Shown here piece after piece: positions 19,469-28,405 of a DNA stretch of 64,000 nt (its first letter is position 1; every line of letters begins with the position of its first letter). The position numbers and the translations under genes were made by a program. Location: positions 186,001 through 250,000 of the IMG/VR virus record IMGVR_UViG_3300023174_000042, one strand, 5' to 3'. The notes beneath the pieces are model-generated. The model made no database searches. It was not told the origin of the DNA and saw only the letters and a list, made by a program, of their open reading frames with translations.

Positions 19469-20770
19469 TTAGAGAACTTTTTTCATGATATTTTTTATAT
19501 TATGGATTTCATAAATTAATTCTTCATTTATTTCTTTTACTTTTGAAGTTGAAATTGCTGGAGGTGCAATATTTTTTGTCGTCAACGTTCTTTTGATACC
19601 TTCACCAGTTCCCCATTTTTTTAAATCTGAAGAACAATTCGTTGCTATGTTTATTGCTCCAATATCTTTCTTTAATCCATTCACAATACAACCATAATTA
19701 CCATTCATCAAAGTTTGAGCCGTGGCATCAATACCATCAGACTCAGATTTATAATTTCTAACGCCACCTAAACATTTTCCTTCTTTTCTTTTTAAACAAT
19801 TCCAAAAAGAAGATCCTTCTTTTTTTTGTGTTGTATTAAAAGGGTTAAATGTTGATTTAGCACCTTCGGCTTGTCTCCATGCGTAAAAAAATAATAAATT
19901 TTGTGGTGACTCAGGTGCCCCAATTTTTTTTAACACTTGAGAGTAAAACTCATCATCTGTTTGTGCGGGTTTTGTTATTTTATAATCACTTATAGACGTT
20001 GTTTGACTTGTTTGACTTGATTGGTCAGAATCTAATGTTTGCTCTTCTTTAGATGACACAGAAGTGGTCGGTTGATCTTTAAATCCAAAAAACTTTTTCC
20101 ATTGATCACTACCTTTTGAAACACGGTCACTAATACCAAGACTTGAAGTAATCTGACTTACAAAATCGTTAATTGAAAAATCTTTTGTTTTTTTATCTTG
20201 ACTTGATTGACTTGATTGATCTTGACTTGATGTATCATCAGATTCAGGTGCTGAAGTATCTACAGTGATTTTTTCTTTCAAATATGAGTCACAATTTTTG
20301 TCTCTGTTTGGTCCTGATCCACAGAATGTAAAATGCCAAGGTTCTCCAACCGCCTTTCCCTCTCCCCATGTCCAACCATATTTTTCTCCATTCTCTTTAA
20401 TCCATTTTTGAACGTTTGATGGCGATATATCAATTGCTCTACCCCATCCGTGATTTGAACTTCCAGGATAAGCCGCCGCAGTTCCTGCTGTCCCCTTTTT
20501 TCTTTTTTTTCCCGTTTTTTCATAATGGTCAAAATCAAAAATTTTACACTGAACATTCAAAGGTCTATAAGAATCTGATAATTTAACTGAACTTTTTATT
20601 TCACTTGGCATATCAGAATACATTTTTATAAATGCGTTTGCTGCGTCTGTTTGTAATTTATGATTACCAATACCAAGAGATTTTAGTTGGGAATTACTAA
20701 TACATCCACTCGCATCTCCAAAACCTGAGCATGGATCGGAAGAACTACAAGCCGATTTTGTAACTTTCAT
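19469..20770 (-). CDS. two-domain peptidoglycan hydrolase (M15B/VanY-like peptidase plus lysozyme-like domain)
   Basis: SYR...AAYPGSSNHGWGRAID...EPWH (M15B); Ser/Gln linker; AWRQAEG...FNPFNTT...GVRNY C-terminal domain. Confidence 0.8.
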   Translation of the reverse strand: MKVTKSACSSSDPCSGFGDASGCISNSQLKSLGIGNHKLQTDAANAFIKMYSDMPSEIKSSVKLSDSYRPLNVQCKIFDFDHYEKTGKKRKKGTAGTAAAYPGSSNHGWGRAIDISPSNVQKWIKENGEKYGWTWGEGKAVGEPWHFTFCGSGPNRDKNCDSYLKEKITVDTSAPESDDTSSQDQSSQSSQDKKTKDFSINDFVSQITSSLGISDRVSKGSDQWKKFFGFKDQPTTSVSSKEEQTLDSDQSSQTSQTTSISDYKITKPAQTDDEFYSQVLKKIGAPESPQNLLFFYAWRQAEGAKSTFNPFNTTQKKEGSSFWNCLKRKEGKCLGGVRNYKSESDGIDATAQTLMNGNYGCIVNGLKKDIGAINIATNCSSDLKKWGTGEGIKRTLTTKNIAPPAISTSKVKEINEELIYEIHNIKNIMKKVL

Positions 20771-20791
20771 ATAAATAAATACTCTGTTATT

Positions 20792-21259
20792 TCAAAACCA
20801 TTCAGGAATTTCTCTATTTTTCCATTTAGCAAACTCTTTTTTTGCCCCACGATAATAATTTCTGTAGGATTCTACCACATCACCAACTTTATATTCGTCA
20901 GGCATTGCTTTAGGTGGTGTGGTGAAGTTTTTATCTGCGATATTTGGTTTATTAGACAAGCACCATTCTATAACATCTTGTGACTTGTGTCTTTTACCAT
21001 AACGATATGTATATTCTTTACACAACTCTAAACCAAGATCACATAAATAAAGATAATTAGATAATGACTCACGAACCCATATGGCACAAGGATGATTTTT
21101 ATGTGATAACTTGTAGGGAACTTGGGGGGTAACTTGGGGGGTCATATGGTGAACTCCACATAAAAGTTGTGCGGTTTCCAATATCATTTTAACAACGTGT
21201 TTATCGCAATGATATTTAGCACATTTATTAGTGTCAAAATCCAAAAAGAAAATGTTCAT
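20792..21259 (-). CDS. pyrimidine-dimer DNA glycosylase / endonuclease V-like family protein
   Basis: MNIFFLD...CDKHVVKMILETAQLL...HKNHPCAIW...EYTYRYGKRH. Confidence 0.75.
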   Translation of the reverse strand: MNIFFLDFDTNKCAKYHCDKHVVKMILETAQLLCGVHHMTPQVTPQVPYKLSHKNHPCAIWVRESLSNYLYLCDLGLELCKEYTYRYGKRHKSQDVIEWCLSNKPNIADKNFTTPPKAMPDEYKVGDVVESYRNYYRGAKKEFAKWKNREIPEWF

Positions 21260-21282
21260 ATCACAAAGATATGAAATGTTAT

Positions 21283-21885
21283 TTACTTATTCAAATAACT
21301 CATTAAAACACCACCAACGGAGGAAGCATGAACTAACAGATGATTTACAGATTCAATATCTAAAACGGTTTTCTTTTTTGTGTAATCGACCGAAAGAATA
21401 CCTATAAACTTATCTTCAATTGTTTTGATAGCAAATAAATAAGACGATTTAGATCCACATTCTTCTGCAATGTATTTAAGACCAAAAGTTGCAACTTTTT
21501 CGTCTTTGAAGTCTGGAATTTGAATAATATCGTTTTGGTAAAGTTCGTTAATTGCTTTTGAAAAAAGTTGGACTGGTATATTTTGAAAACTTGTCTGAAT
21601 AGATTGTGCGTTTGCTCCGACTGATTCATAAACAATAGAAAATTTAGCCATAGACTTTCCTGTTGGATAAAAATTTCCACCATTGTGAAATTGTGAAATC
21701 CAAACACGATCTGCTTTGAATTCTTCTTTGATATGATCAATTTTTTGATTCACTAACTCGCTCACTCTAAGAGTGTCGGTAACCATATCAGGTTTTTTCT
21801 TATTTTTGTTTAATAAATTTTTTATAAGTAGAATACTAATTGGTCCCAAGACTCCAGTAATAAATGCAATTATAATCTCTGCCAT
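21283..21885 (-). CDS. membrane-anchored GAF-fold protein, possible T4 gpT-like holin
   Basis: Probable start MAEIIIAF at 21885; single N-terminal TM helix, then ADRVWISQFHNGG...IGILSVDY; near the PG hydrolase. Confidence 0.6.
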   Translation of the reverse strand: MAEIIIAFITGVLGPISILLIKNLLNKNKKKPDMVTDTLRVSELVNQKIDHIKEEFKADRVWISQFHNGGNFYPTGKSMAKFSIVYESVGANAQSIQTSFQNIPVQLFSKAINELYQNDIIQIPDFKDEKVATFGLKYIAEECGSKSSYLFAIKTIEDKFIGILSVDYTKKKTVLDIESVNHLLVHASSVGGVLMSYLNK

Positions 21886-21948
21886 ACAAATTATTTTATA
21901 CAAATAAATATCCCCCACTTTTATAAAATAGGGGATACTTTTTTTTCT

Positions 21949-22122
21949 TTAGGCTTTGTTTTTAGAAATAACTGACCAAATTGTTCCTGTTAGTGTTATA
22001 ACACCACCCACAATTTCAGTCACAGTAGTCTCATCAATAAGACCTTTCATTACTAAAATACCACCAATAAAGGTAAGGGCATGTCTTGTAATTCCTAAAA
22101 TTTGTTCTTTTGTAAGTTTCAT
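21949..22122 (-). CDS. small two-TM holin-like protein (57 aa)
   Basis: MKLTKEQILGITRHALTFIGGILVMKG...IVGGVITLTGTIWSVISKNKA; not in the ORF track; TATTTAT upstream. Confidence 0.7.
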   Translation of the reverse strand: MKLTKEQILGITRHALTFIGGILVMKGLIDETTVTEIVGGVITLTGTIWSVISKNKA

Positions 22123-22374
22123 TTTATTAAAGTTTTAATTTTAATTTTTTTAATAAATACTTAACATAAAAAAAATTATTAAATAAATTTTATTTTACAA
22201 TTTTTTTCTATTGTCATTTACTGTTGCTAAAATTAAAACAGTAACAAAGACAACAATTGGAATTGATACTGCGATGATTGTTTCTATACTCATAATTTAA
22301 TTTTTTTAATTGACGAACAAAAAATAAAAACTCTTTTTGCAAATGATTATTCACTATTATTGATAGAGCAAAGT

Positions 22375-22578
22375 TTATTTTTTATTTTTTTTAAATAAAC
22401 TAAGAATTCTAATTTCCCACCTTTCAATAGCCGGATATACAATAAAAAATCCTATAACACCTAAAAGAATGGTCACCACAGAAATTTCTTTTTGTGAGTA
22501 TAAACTCATAAGATAACCACCCAACATTACTATACCAGTCGCTATAGATCCAACAAAAAAATCTACTATCTTATTCAT
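22375..22578 (-). CDS. small two-TM membrane protein
   Basis: 67 aa, two hydrophobic stretches and a basic C-terminus. Confidence 0.6.
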   Translation of the reverse strand: MNKIVDFFVGSIATGIVMLGGYLMSLYSQKEISVVTILLGVIGFFIVYPAIERWEIRILSLFKKNKK

Positions 22579-22581
22579 AAT

Positions 22582-22812
22582 TTATGCATTTACTTTGTGT
22601 TTTGACATTAATTCAGTTGCTTTTTCTGTTGCGGTCACTTTATTTGAAAATCCGTGTTGAATTAATTTTTTTGAATGATAAATTAAATATTCGGTTTTAG
22701 CAACCTGTGGTTTTGATCCACGACCTGATTGGGGTTTCATTGTGTCTTTTGCGTAGATATCATAAAAACCAACTTTACAAATATAACGCCCTTTAGTTTG
22801 TCCTTTACTCAT
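22582..22812 (-). CDS. small basic hypothetical protein
   Basis: 76 aa ORF in operon orientation. Confidence 0.6.
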   Translation of the reverse strand: MSKGQTKGRYICKVGFYDIYAKDTMKPQSGRGSKPQVAKTEYLIYHSKKLIQHGFSNKVTATEKATELMSKHKVNA

Positions 22813-22848
22813 TTTTTTTCTTTTTTTTTAATTAAACAATATTTTTTG

Positions 22849-22935
22849 CGGTCTCGAAGGGAGTCGAACCCTCTTTTTCGTTTACCTACTTGCTACCGTG
22901 ACAGGGTAGTGCACCAACCATTATGCGCCGAGACC
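22849..22935 (-). tRNA. tRNA-Asp(GTC) with an unusually long variable region
   Basis: Acceptor GGTCTCG/CGAGACC, G73, anticodon arm CTACC-CTGTCAC-GGTAG, T-loop TTCGACT, ~19-nt variable region. Confidence 0.85.
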
Positions 22936-22940
22936 AATTA

Positions 22941-23219
22941 TTATATCAAAGCGTCCCATTCAGACACAATAAATTCAAGTTTTAAAAGACCCTCAACTGA
23001 AATGTAGGTTACATGAAAACCTCCTGAAGCAACATCTGTTTCACTTTCTATTGCTTGAGTTAAAAGTTGTCTTGCTTTTTCTCTAATTTCACCTTGACAA
23101 GGAATTTTTTCTTCACTACCTACCCATTCCCAACGAAGAGCTTTCATAGTTTTATGAACTTTTTCAAAGTCAAACCAATCCATAATGTTGTCTATCGCTT
23201 TTCTTTGTTCTTCTGTCAT
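22941..23219 (-). CDS. hypothetical protein
   Basis: 92 aa; FDFEKVHKTM...W-W...SGGF pattern. Confidence 0.7.
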   Translation of the reverse strand: MTEEQRKAIDNIMDWFDFEKVHKTMKALRWEWVGSEEKIPCQGEIREKARQLLTQAIESETDVASGGFHVTYISVEGLLKLEFIVSEWDALI

Positions 23220-23242
23220 GTTTTAAACATAATAATATTTTT

Positions 23243-23713
23243 TTATAATGATTGCACTTGTTCCATAATTTCTGATACTTCATGAGGTTCTAAATAACCA
23301 ATCACATCGTTTGTCACAGAAGTTTCATAAGTTAGTTTTCCATCTTTATCTAAAACAGCAACTTCAAACAAACCATCTTTACCACCGTAAGAAAATGTGT
23401 GAGACACAACACTAACACCAAATCCATTATCAAACTGTAGTCTTGCTTGTTTTCCAACCATGTGTGGAGCATCATCAAGCATTTCAAATTCCAGATCTTC
23501 AAATTTTTTCATAACTTTTATTTTTTTTGTTTCTTTTAATACTGTTTTTGCACAAGCTTTGCCAAATGAAAATCCACCTTGACTTTCATGATTTGTAGGA
23601 AAACTATTTGAGTCATAATAATTTCCGTCAGTTAAAGATAATTCTAACCAAACGGCAGTTTTTGGATTTATCTTGTCTCCACATTTTTCACAATAAATTA
23701 TTTTGTCATTCAT
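23243..23713 (-). CDS. hypothetical protein (possibly two fused small domains)
   Basis: N-terminal CxxC...C part and a C-terminal FDNGFGVSVV...SYGG...FEVAVL...DVIGYL domain; TATCTTTG promoter. Confidence 0.7.
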   Translation of the reverse strand: MNDKIIYCEKCGDKINPKTAVWLELSLTDGNYYDSNSFPTNHESQGGFSFGKACAKTVLKETKKIKVMKKFEDLEFEMLDDAPHMVGKQARLQFDNGFGVSVVSHTFSYGGKDGLFEVAVLDKDGKLTYETSVTNDVIGYLEPHEVSEIMEQVQSL

Positions 23714-23784
23714 TAAACAAAGATAAATAGAATATTTTATACTATCAAATTTTTTACAAAAAAAAATTTACAATTTAAGGTTTG

Positions 23785-23856
23785 TAGCCCATCCCGGTAA
23801 CGCTCCGAGATTTGTTGGATGAAAACCAACTGTCCTTACTTTTAGACGAATGGGCC
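23785..23856 (-). tRNA. tRNA-Glu(TTC) with a non-canonical T-loop
   Basis: GGCCCAT/ATGGGCT acceptor, GTTGG-TTTTCAT-CCAAC anticodon arm, T-loop AGCGTTA. Confidence 0.8.
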
Positions 23857-23863
23857 GTAAATT

Positions 23864-23924
23864 AGGGTAGACACGGGCTTAGCTAGCCGTCTTTCAGGAA
23901 AAGCCCTTTTTCATATTCTACCCT
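23864..23924 (-). ncRNA. candidate ~60-nt structured RNA between tRNAs
   Basis: AGGGTAGA/TCTACCCT closing stem with an inner GGGCTT/AAGCCC stem. Confidence 0.45.
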
Positions 23925-23929
23925 ACTTG

Positions 23930-24002
<73 letters not shown>

Positions 24003-24007
24003 ATGTG

Positions 24008-24081
24008 TAGTTAATACTGGACTCGAACCAATGACCTATTCCGTATCAGGGAATCGCTCTAACCAACTGAGCTAATTAACT
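24008..24081 (-). tRNA. tRNA-Ile(GAT)
   Basis: Canonical cloverleaf; anticodon arm ATTCC-CTGATAC-GGAAT. Confidence 0.92.
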
Positions 24082-24094
24082 ATTAATATTTTCG

Positions 24095-24175
24095 TACTGA
24101 CGGTTGGATTCGAACCAACGTTTTCAACTTACCACTACAGGTATAGATGATATAAGCATCCACTGGTACGCCAGC
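24095..24175 (-). tRNA. D-armless tRNA-like RNA, apparent anticodon TAT
   Basis: Acceptor GCTGGCG/CGTCAGT and a perfect T arm; only 7 nt before the GGATG-CTTATAT-CATCT arm; 25-nt variable region. Confidence 0.6.
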
Positions 24176-24182
24176 TTATTTG

Positions 24183-24254
24183 TGGTATGGGAGTGGATTC
24201 GAACCACCGGCACAAGTTTTTCACACTTTGCTCTACCTACTGAGCTACCACACC
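24183..24254 (-). tRNA. tRNA-Phe(GAA), aberrant
   Basis: Canonical D and T loops; 4-bp anticodon stem AAGT-GTGAAAA-ACTT; one extra C between T stem and acceptor stem. Confidence 0.65.
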
Positions 24255-24359
24255 ATTTTTTTGTAATTAATAGTTGATACACACTCTCGTTTCACCATCT
24301 TGTATCAACAGGTTAATGTACTTTACGAGTTTCCCTTTTCTTACAATCACAATATTTTT

Positions 24360-24466
24360 AAATCAAAGAACTTTTTCCCTTTTGTGGTGGGGGTGAGACC
24401 ACCATCACACTTTCTCACCCCCTTGTTTGTTATACAAATATATGTAGTTTATTTTAAACTGACAAA
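24360..24466 (-). promoter_or_regulatory. promoter, leader hairpin and boxA-like element of the tRNA operon
   Basis: TTTG...TATATTTG promoter, GGGGGTGAGA/TCTCACCCCC hairpin, then GTTCTTTGAT. Confidence 0.7.
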
Positions 24467-24554
24467 TCTTTATTAAACTTTTTTTTAATTTGTCTAAAAA
24501 TAAAAAACCCCACCTCTTTTCGAAGATGGGGTCGTAAAAGGTCATAAATAAAAT

Positions 24555-25304
24555 TTAAATAACTTCTCTTGTGTCAATATGTGCCTCATACATTAATCTT
24601 CTTGTTGATAAAGATCTGTAATAATAATAGTCTTCCAAAATAGACTCAAACAAACCGCTCACAAATCCTGATGCCGCATCCCAAGCATTTGAAAGTCCTT
24701 TCCCAACTGCCTGTGCCCCGCTTTGAATAGCGCTTCCTACCGCTTGAGCTCCTTTTTTAATTCCTTGTCCTACAGCTTGAACACCACCTTTAACAAAGTT
24801 GTATGCTTTATTCAACATGTTTCCTGCAAATTGTTTTACGTAAGACCAAAGTTCAGCAATTTTTGAGGCGGCGATAACTGCGGCCCCCCAAGCGGCTTGT
24901 CCTAATTTCCATATGGCATCAAACATAGATTTAAAAAATTGTAATATGTTTGTAGATGCTTTACTGATAAAACTAGAAATTTGATTTGCGGTATATTTAA
25001 TGGTTTGAGCGGCACCAATTACTATACCTTTAACTTGTTTTGCAAGTGCGGTTAAAAAACTCAAAATAACATTTCCAATTGCCTGTGCCACTTTAAAAGT
25101 AGCCTGACCAAGTTTAATTCCAACAATTGCAGGAAGAAAAATGATTGTCAATGAAATTTGACCAATTTTAATTACCGTTTGTTTGACAGCTTTACCAGCC
25201 TGAAAGCCAGCTTTGAATGCCGCGCTTTGGACATTTTGTTCTGAAATAACTTGTTTGATAACTTTTATCAAATCATTTTCAGTTAATTTTATTACCTTTT
25301 TCAT
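24555..25304 (-). CDS. tagged amphipathic Ala/Gly-rich helical-repeat protein
   Basis: MKKVIKLTENDLIKVIKQVISE tag; 11-residue GAQAVG repeats; hydrophobic segments. Confidence 0.75.
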   Translation of the reverse strand: MKKVIKLTENDLIKVIKQVISEQNVQSAAFKAGFQAGKAVKQTVIKIGQISLTIIFLPAIVGIKLGQATFKVAQAIGNVILSFLTALAKQVKGIVIGAAQTIKYTANQISSFISKASTNILQFFKSMFDAIWKLGQAAWGAAVIAASKIAELWSYVKQFAGNMLNKAYNFVKGGVQAVGQGIKKGAQAVGSAIQSGAQAVGKGLSNAWDAASGFVSGLFESILEDYYYYRSLSTRRLMYEAHIDTREVI

Positions 25305-25360
25305 AACTTTTTTTATTTATAAATACATCGTAAGTTGAAAAAATTTTGCAAAAGAAAAAA

Positions 25361-25816
25361 TCATCGACAATGGTAATCTGCAGCTCTTGTTGCGATTTGA
25401 TTATCAGGTTTTATATTTGCCTTATAACCCAATGACGTAACCAATCCAACGGCAGGAGATACGAGTTTTGAACTAAAATGTTTTTCTTGTGAATTATAGT
25501 CCAAATCGATCTCAATTTTTACACTTATTTTACTTGACAACCAATTTGCGACCTCAACAGAATGTTCACATTCAGTCCAAAGACGTGTCCATTTATCTTT
25601 TATTTTTCTTACCTTTTGTTTATGATAAATGTAATGAACACCCCTGTTTCCAAATCTATATGCAATTGCTGTTACATATACAGTATTTCTTCTGTGATTT
25701 TGTGAATCAGTTCCTATATGGATTTCTACATATGGACATTCTTTTAAAATATCAATTGTATGATTTACTATATCAAAAACAGCGTCTCCTTCTACTTTTT
25801 TAAATACCCTGTTCAT
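25361..25816 (-). CDS. RNase H-like YkuK (DUF458) family protein
   Basis: IHIGTDSQ...RLWTE---SVEVA...EIDLDYN...IKPD--IA--AAD. Confidence 0.85.
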   Translation of the reverse strand: MNRVFKKVEGDAVFDIVNHTIDILKECPYVEIHIGTDSQNHRRNTVYVTAIAYRFGNRGVHYIYHKQKVRKIKDKWTRLWTECEHSVEVANWLSSKISVKIEIDLDYNSQEKHFSSKLVSPAVGLVTSLGYKANIKPDNQIATRAADYHCR

Positions 25817-25917
25817 AAATTGATTTGGGTGAGAAAATTCAAAATTTTATTATAATTTCTGTTGTATGAAATATTTGACTATCGATCACTCCTTTTATAA
25901 ATAGTATTAACAAAATA

Positions 25918-26526
25918 CTAATAAACAAAATCAACAAAAAAATAAAAAATTCCATTGTCATAAAAAACACAAGTTGCCGCAATTGTGTTTGATTTATATC
26001 CTTTATCTAAAAAGTAAGTGTTATGTAATAAAGATCTTTGTGTACATCGGTGCATATATGATTTTTCCCAACACATAATCATGTGATCTGCCAATTGTTC
26101 ATATGTATCCATTTTATATGTCGTATACCCACAATTTTCACTTAGAGTTAATTTAAATCCTTTGTTATTTGTTGGGTAAACTTCATCTAAAAATAAAAAT
26201 TGATTATTTTTATCACTCCACCAAGATGATCTATCAACATGAAATAATTTTTTTTGTTTTACATTTTCAAGGGCATTTGGTAAAACAATAGTATCATATA
26301 AAAGTTCTGACCAAATAAGTTTCATCAACTGATTGTTATTTTCCAACATAGGCCAAGCGGATAAAAGATTTTTACCATAACCAGTTGTAGTTATGGTGTC
26401 TCTGAAAGCGTTTAACTTGTCGAATAAAACTTTCGATGCGTGTTTAGAATCAAAATTGTTGTAGTCAATATTTTGTGAAAAAGAAATGTGACCAATAAAA
26501 AGAAGGATTGTTAGGATATTTTTCAT
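25918..26526 (-). CDS. secreted divergent CAP-like protein
   Basis: Signal peptide; LNAFR, LFH, SENC and WEKSYMH parallel the CAP motifs of 12843..13355. Confidence 0.6.
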   Translation of the reverse strand: MKNILTILLFIGHISFSQNIDYNNFDSKHASKVLFDKLNAFRDTITTTGYGKNLLSAWPMLENNNQLMKLIWSELLYDTIVLPNALENVKQKKLFHVDRSSWWSDKNNQFLFLDEVYPTNNKGFKLTLSENCGYTTYKMDTYEQLADHMIMCWEKSYMHRCTQRSLLHNTYFLDKGYKSNTIAATCVFYDNGIFYFFVDFVY

Positions 26527-26543
26527 ATTACAAATAAAAAAAA

Positions 26544-27041
26544 TTATTTTACTTCAAAAGCACATCTCATAATTTTTTTTGTTTTAACAGAATCCTCGAA
26601 GTTTCCTATAACAACACCATCTTTGATTGTAAATGCGTGTTGTCTAACTAAAACAAAAAATGTACCTTTTGGGTTTTGTTTAATAAAAGTCCCAACGGTC
26701 ATTTGTCTTAATTTGGTTTCACCTTTGATTGTAACATTATAAGACAAAGAATTAATCAATGTAGAACTTTTCCTTACTCCAACTGTGTGAATTTTTTTAT
26801 TATTGATTAATGTATTATTATCAACCATTTTTAAAAGTTTTGTTATAGTCCCAAAAGTTCCTTTTTTTGGTTTTCTTTGAAATTCTTTTGCGACATATTT
26901 GTGAGCGTCATCATAAGGAATTTCAAATGAAGATGCAAATGCTCTAACAACACAATCGTTTGTTTCTGATTTTGCGATTACAGATTCAGAATATCCTTGA
27001 ATCGCTTTTGATGTGGCTTCGTATGGGAGTTTGTTTTTCAT
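26544..27041 (-). CDS. hypothetical protein (DCVVRA...H motif, papain-like dyad possible)
   Basis: NDCVVRAFA...RQHAFTIKDG; probable start MKNKL directly after TATCTTTG. Confidence 0.65.
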   Translation of the reverse strand: MKNKLPYEATSKAIQGYSESVIAKSETNDCVVRAFASSFEIPYDDAHKYVAKEFQRKPKKGTFGTITKLLKMVDNNTLINNKKIHTVGVRKSSTLINSLSYNVTIKGETKLRQMTVGTFIKQNPKGTFFVLVRQHAFTIKDGVVIGNFEDSVKTKKIMRCAFEVK

Positions 27042-27173
27042 ACTACAAAGATACAAAAAATTTTTAAATCAAACCATATTGGTGTAATTCATATAAAAAT
27101 TTTTCATATTCCTCTGAGTTTATAAACTCTTCATGTAGTTGATAAAATATTTCTTCCATAATTTTAATATTTG

Positions 27174-27450
27174 TGATCCCGAATGGATTCGAACCATTGA
27201 CCTACTGCTTAGACATACCACTATAGTTTTCACTACCAACTTAATTGTTGTTTGTGGTCTGGACTTTCTCTTTACCTTATCTTTCGACTTAGGCACTCAC
27301 CGTCAAGTCTCTACACCTTCTTCTTTTCAGAAGCTTGGCTCGGGATTACCATTTTACAGGCTTCCCCGAATTTGATGAGTTCTATTTAATCGTTTCCAAC
27401 TAAACGCCCCCTTTGAGGCAGTTGCTCTATTCCAGCTGAGCTACGGGACC
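27174..27450 (-). tRNA. tRNA-Arg(TCT) interrupted by a group I intron
   Basis: 5' exon 27450-27416 and 3' exon 27213-27174 join to give ACTGC-CTTCTAA-GCAGT and a canonical cloverleaf. Confidence 0.92.
27214..27415 (-). mobile_element. group I intron (IC3-like, 202 nt, no ORF)
   Basis: P AAATTCGGGGAA, Q AATCCCGAGC, R GTAGAGACTTGACG, S AAGAGAAAGTCC; P1 GCCT^C/GGGGC with a U:G pair; terminal G. Confidence 0.9.
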
Positions 27451-27465
27451 ATATTTTACATTTAG

Positions 27466-27550
27466 CAGAGGAGGAGGGATTCGAACCCCCGGATCCGTAA
27501 AGATCAACGGTTTTCAAGACCGCCTCATTCGACCGCTCTGACACTCCTCT
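27466..27550 (-). tRNA. tRNA-Ser(TGA)
   Basis: GCGGT-CTTGAAA-ACCGT anticodon arm, long variable arm GATC-TTTACG-GATC, G73. Confidence 0.93.
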
Positions 27551-27588
27551 AACATTTTCAAAGAACACTAACCTACTTGATAAGTATA

Positions 27589-28353
27589 CTAGTTATTATA
27601 TAAAATATCAATCACTTCTCTATCAATAGGTGCATATTCTGTGTTACTATTTGAATTTTGATAGAAAATGCTTTCTGGATATTTTTCTGAATCATTAAAA
27701 AATCCTAATGATTGTGTAAGTTCTTCTCGTAAAATACTTTTTTGTGAAATTGTATCATCACCAGACCCAACCATTTCAACATACATTACAGATCCAGACG
27801 AAGGATATACTTCAAAATATCCCCAATTTCCTCTTAGATTTTCTTCTTGAATTTGTGGATATAAAGTTTTGAACCCTTCTTTTGAGCCTAAGAAAATAAA
27901 TGTGTTTGCTTCACTACGATTTTTTACAATCTTGATTTCAATCGTATTAATAATTTCATTGAGGTCTTTCACAATTTTATCTAATTCATCCATCATGTAT
28001 TGAGGACAAGATCCATGAACATAGATTTTAACGTCTCTTTTCCATTTGAACGCTTTATTTACACCACCGTATTCATCACGAAGACATATTTCTTTATAGT
28101 AATCCAATGCTTCCGAGGAATACGAATGTTGGTTTTGATTTTTTTGATAATCAAATGAATCTAATGAACTTCCATTTGATTTTGATAATTCTTTTTCTGT
28201 TGTTTCTAAAACACGCCTAAGAGATCCTTCATTTAAATTGAATAAAACTTCGCCAGACTTGAGGACGCGATTTTTTATTTCTTTTGTTGATAAACAGAAA
28301 GCAATTACCATAATTGCTATTAATCCTAAACTGTAGTTTACTAAATTTTTCAT
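27589..28353 (-). CDS. DUF2927-like zincin-fold protein with N-terminal anchor
   Basis: KWKRDVKIYV...SILREELTQSLG--NDS...SIF...DREVI-ILY. Confidence 0.8.
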   Translation of the reverse strand: MKNLVNYSLGLIAIMVIAFCLSTKEIKNRVLKSGEVLFNLNEGSLRRVLETTEKELSKSNGSSLDSFDYQKNQNQHSYSSEALDYYKEICLRDEYGGVNKAFKWKRDVKIYVHGSCPQYMMDELDKIVKDLNEIINTIEIKIVKNRSEANTFIFLGSKEGFKTLYPQIQEENLRGNWGYFEVYPSSGSVMYVEMVGSGDDTISQKSILREELTQSLGFFNDSEKYPESIFYQNSNSNTEYAPIDREVIDILYNN

Positions 28354-28405
28354 ATTTGTTTGTTTTTATTTCTACAAATATAGGAAGTTTCTTGATACAA
28401 AAAAA

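Noticed and set aside
21956-22138. 60-aa plus-strand ORF
   Set aside because: Antisense shadow of the 57-aa holin-like gene on the minus strand
24555-25304. Tape measure protein
   Set aside because: Has 11-residue helical repeats but is only 249 aa and not in a tail gene cluster
27139-27568. 78-aa and 60-aa ORFs; possible intron-encoded endonuclease
   Set aside because: They overlap tRNA-Arg, its intron and tRNA-Ser; the 202-nt intron has no room for a nuclease gene
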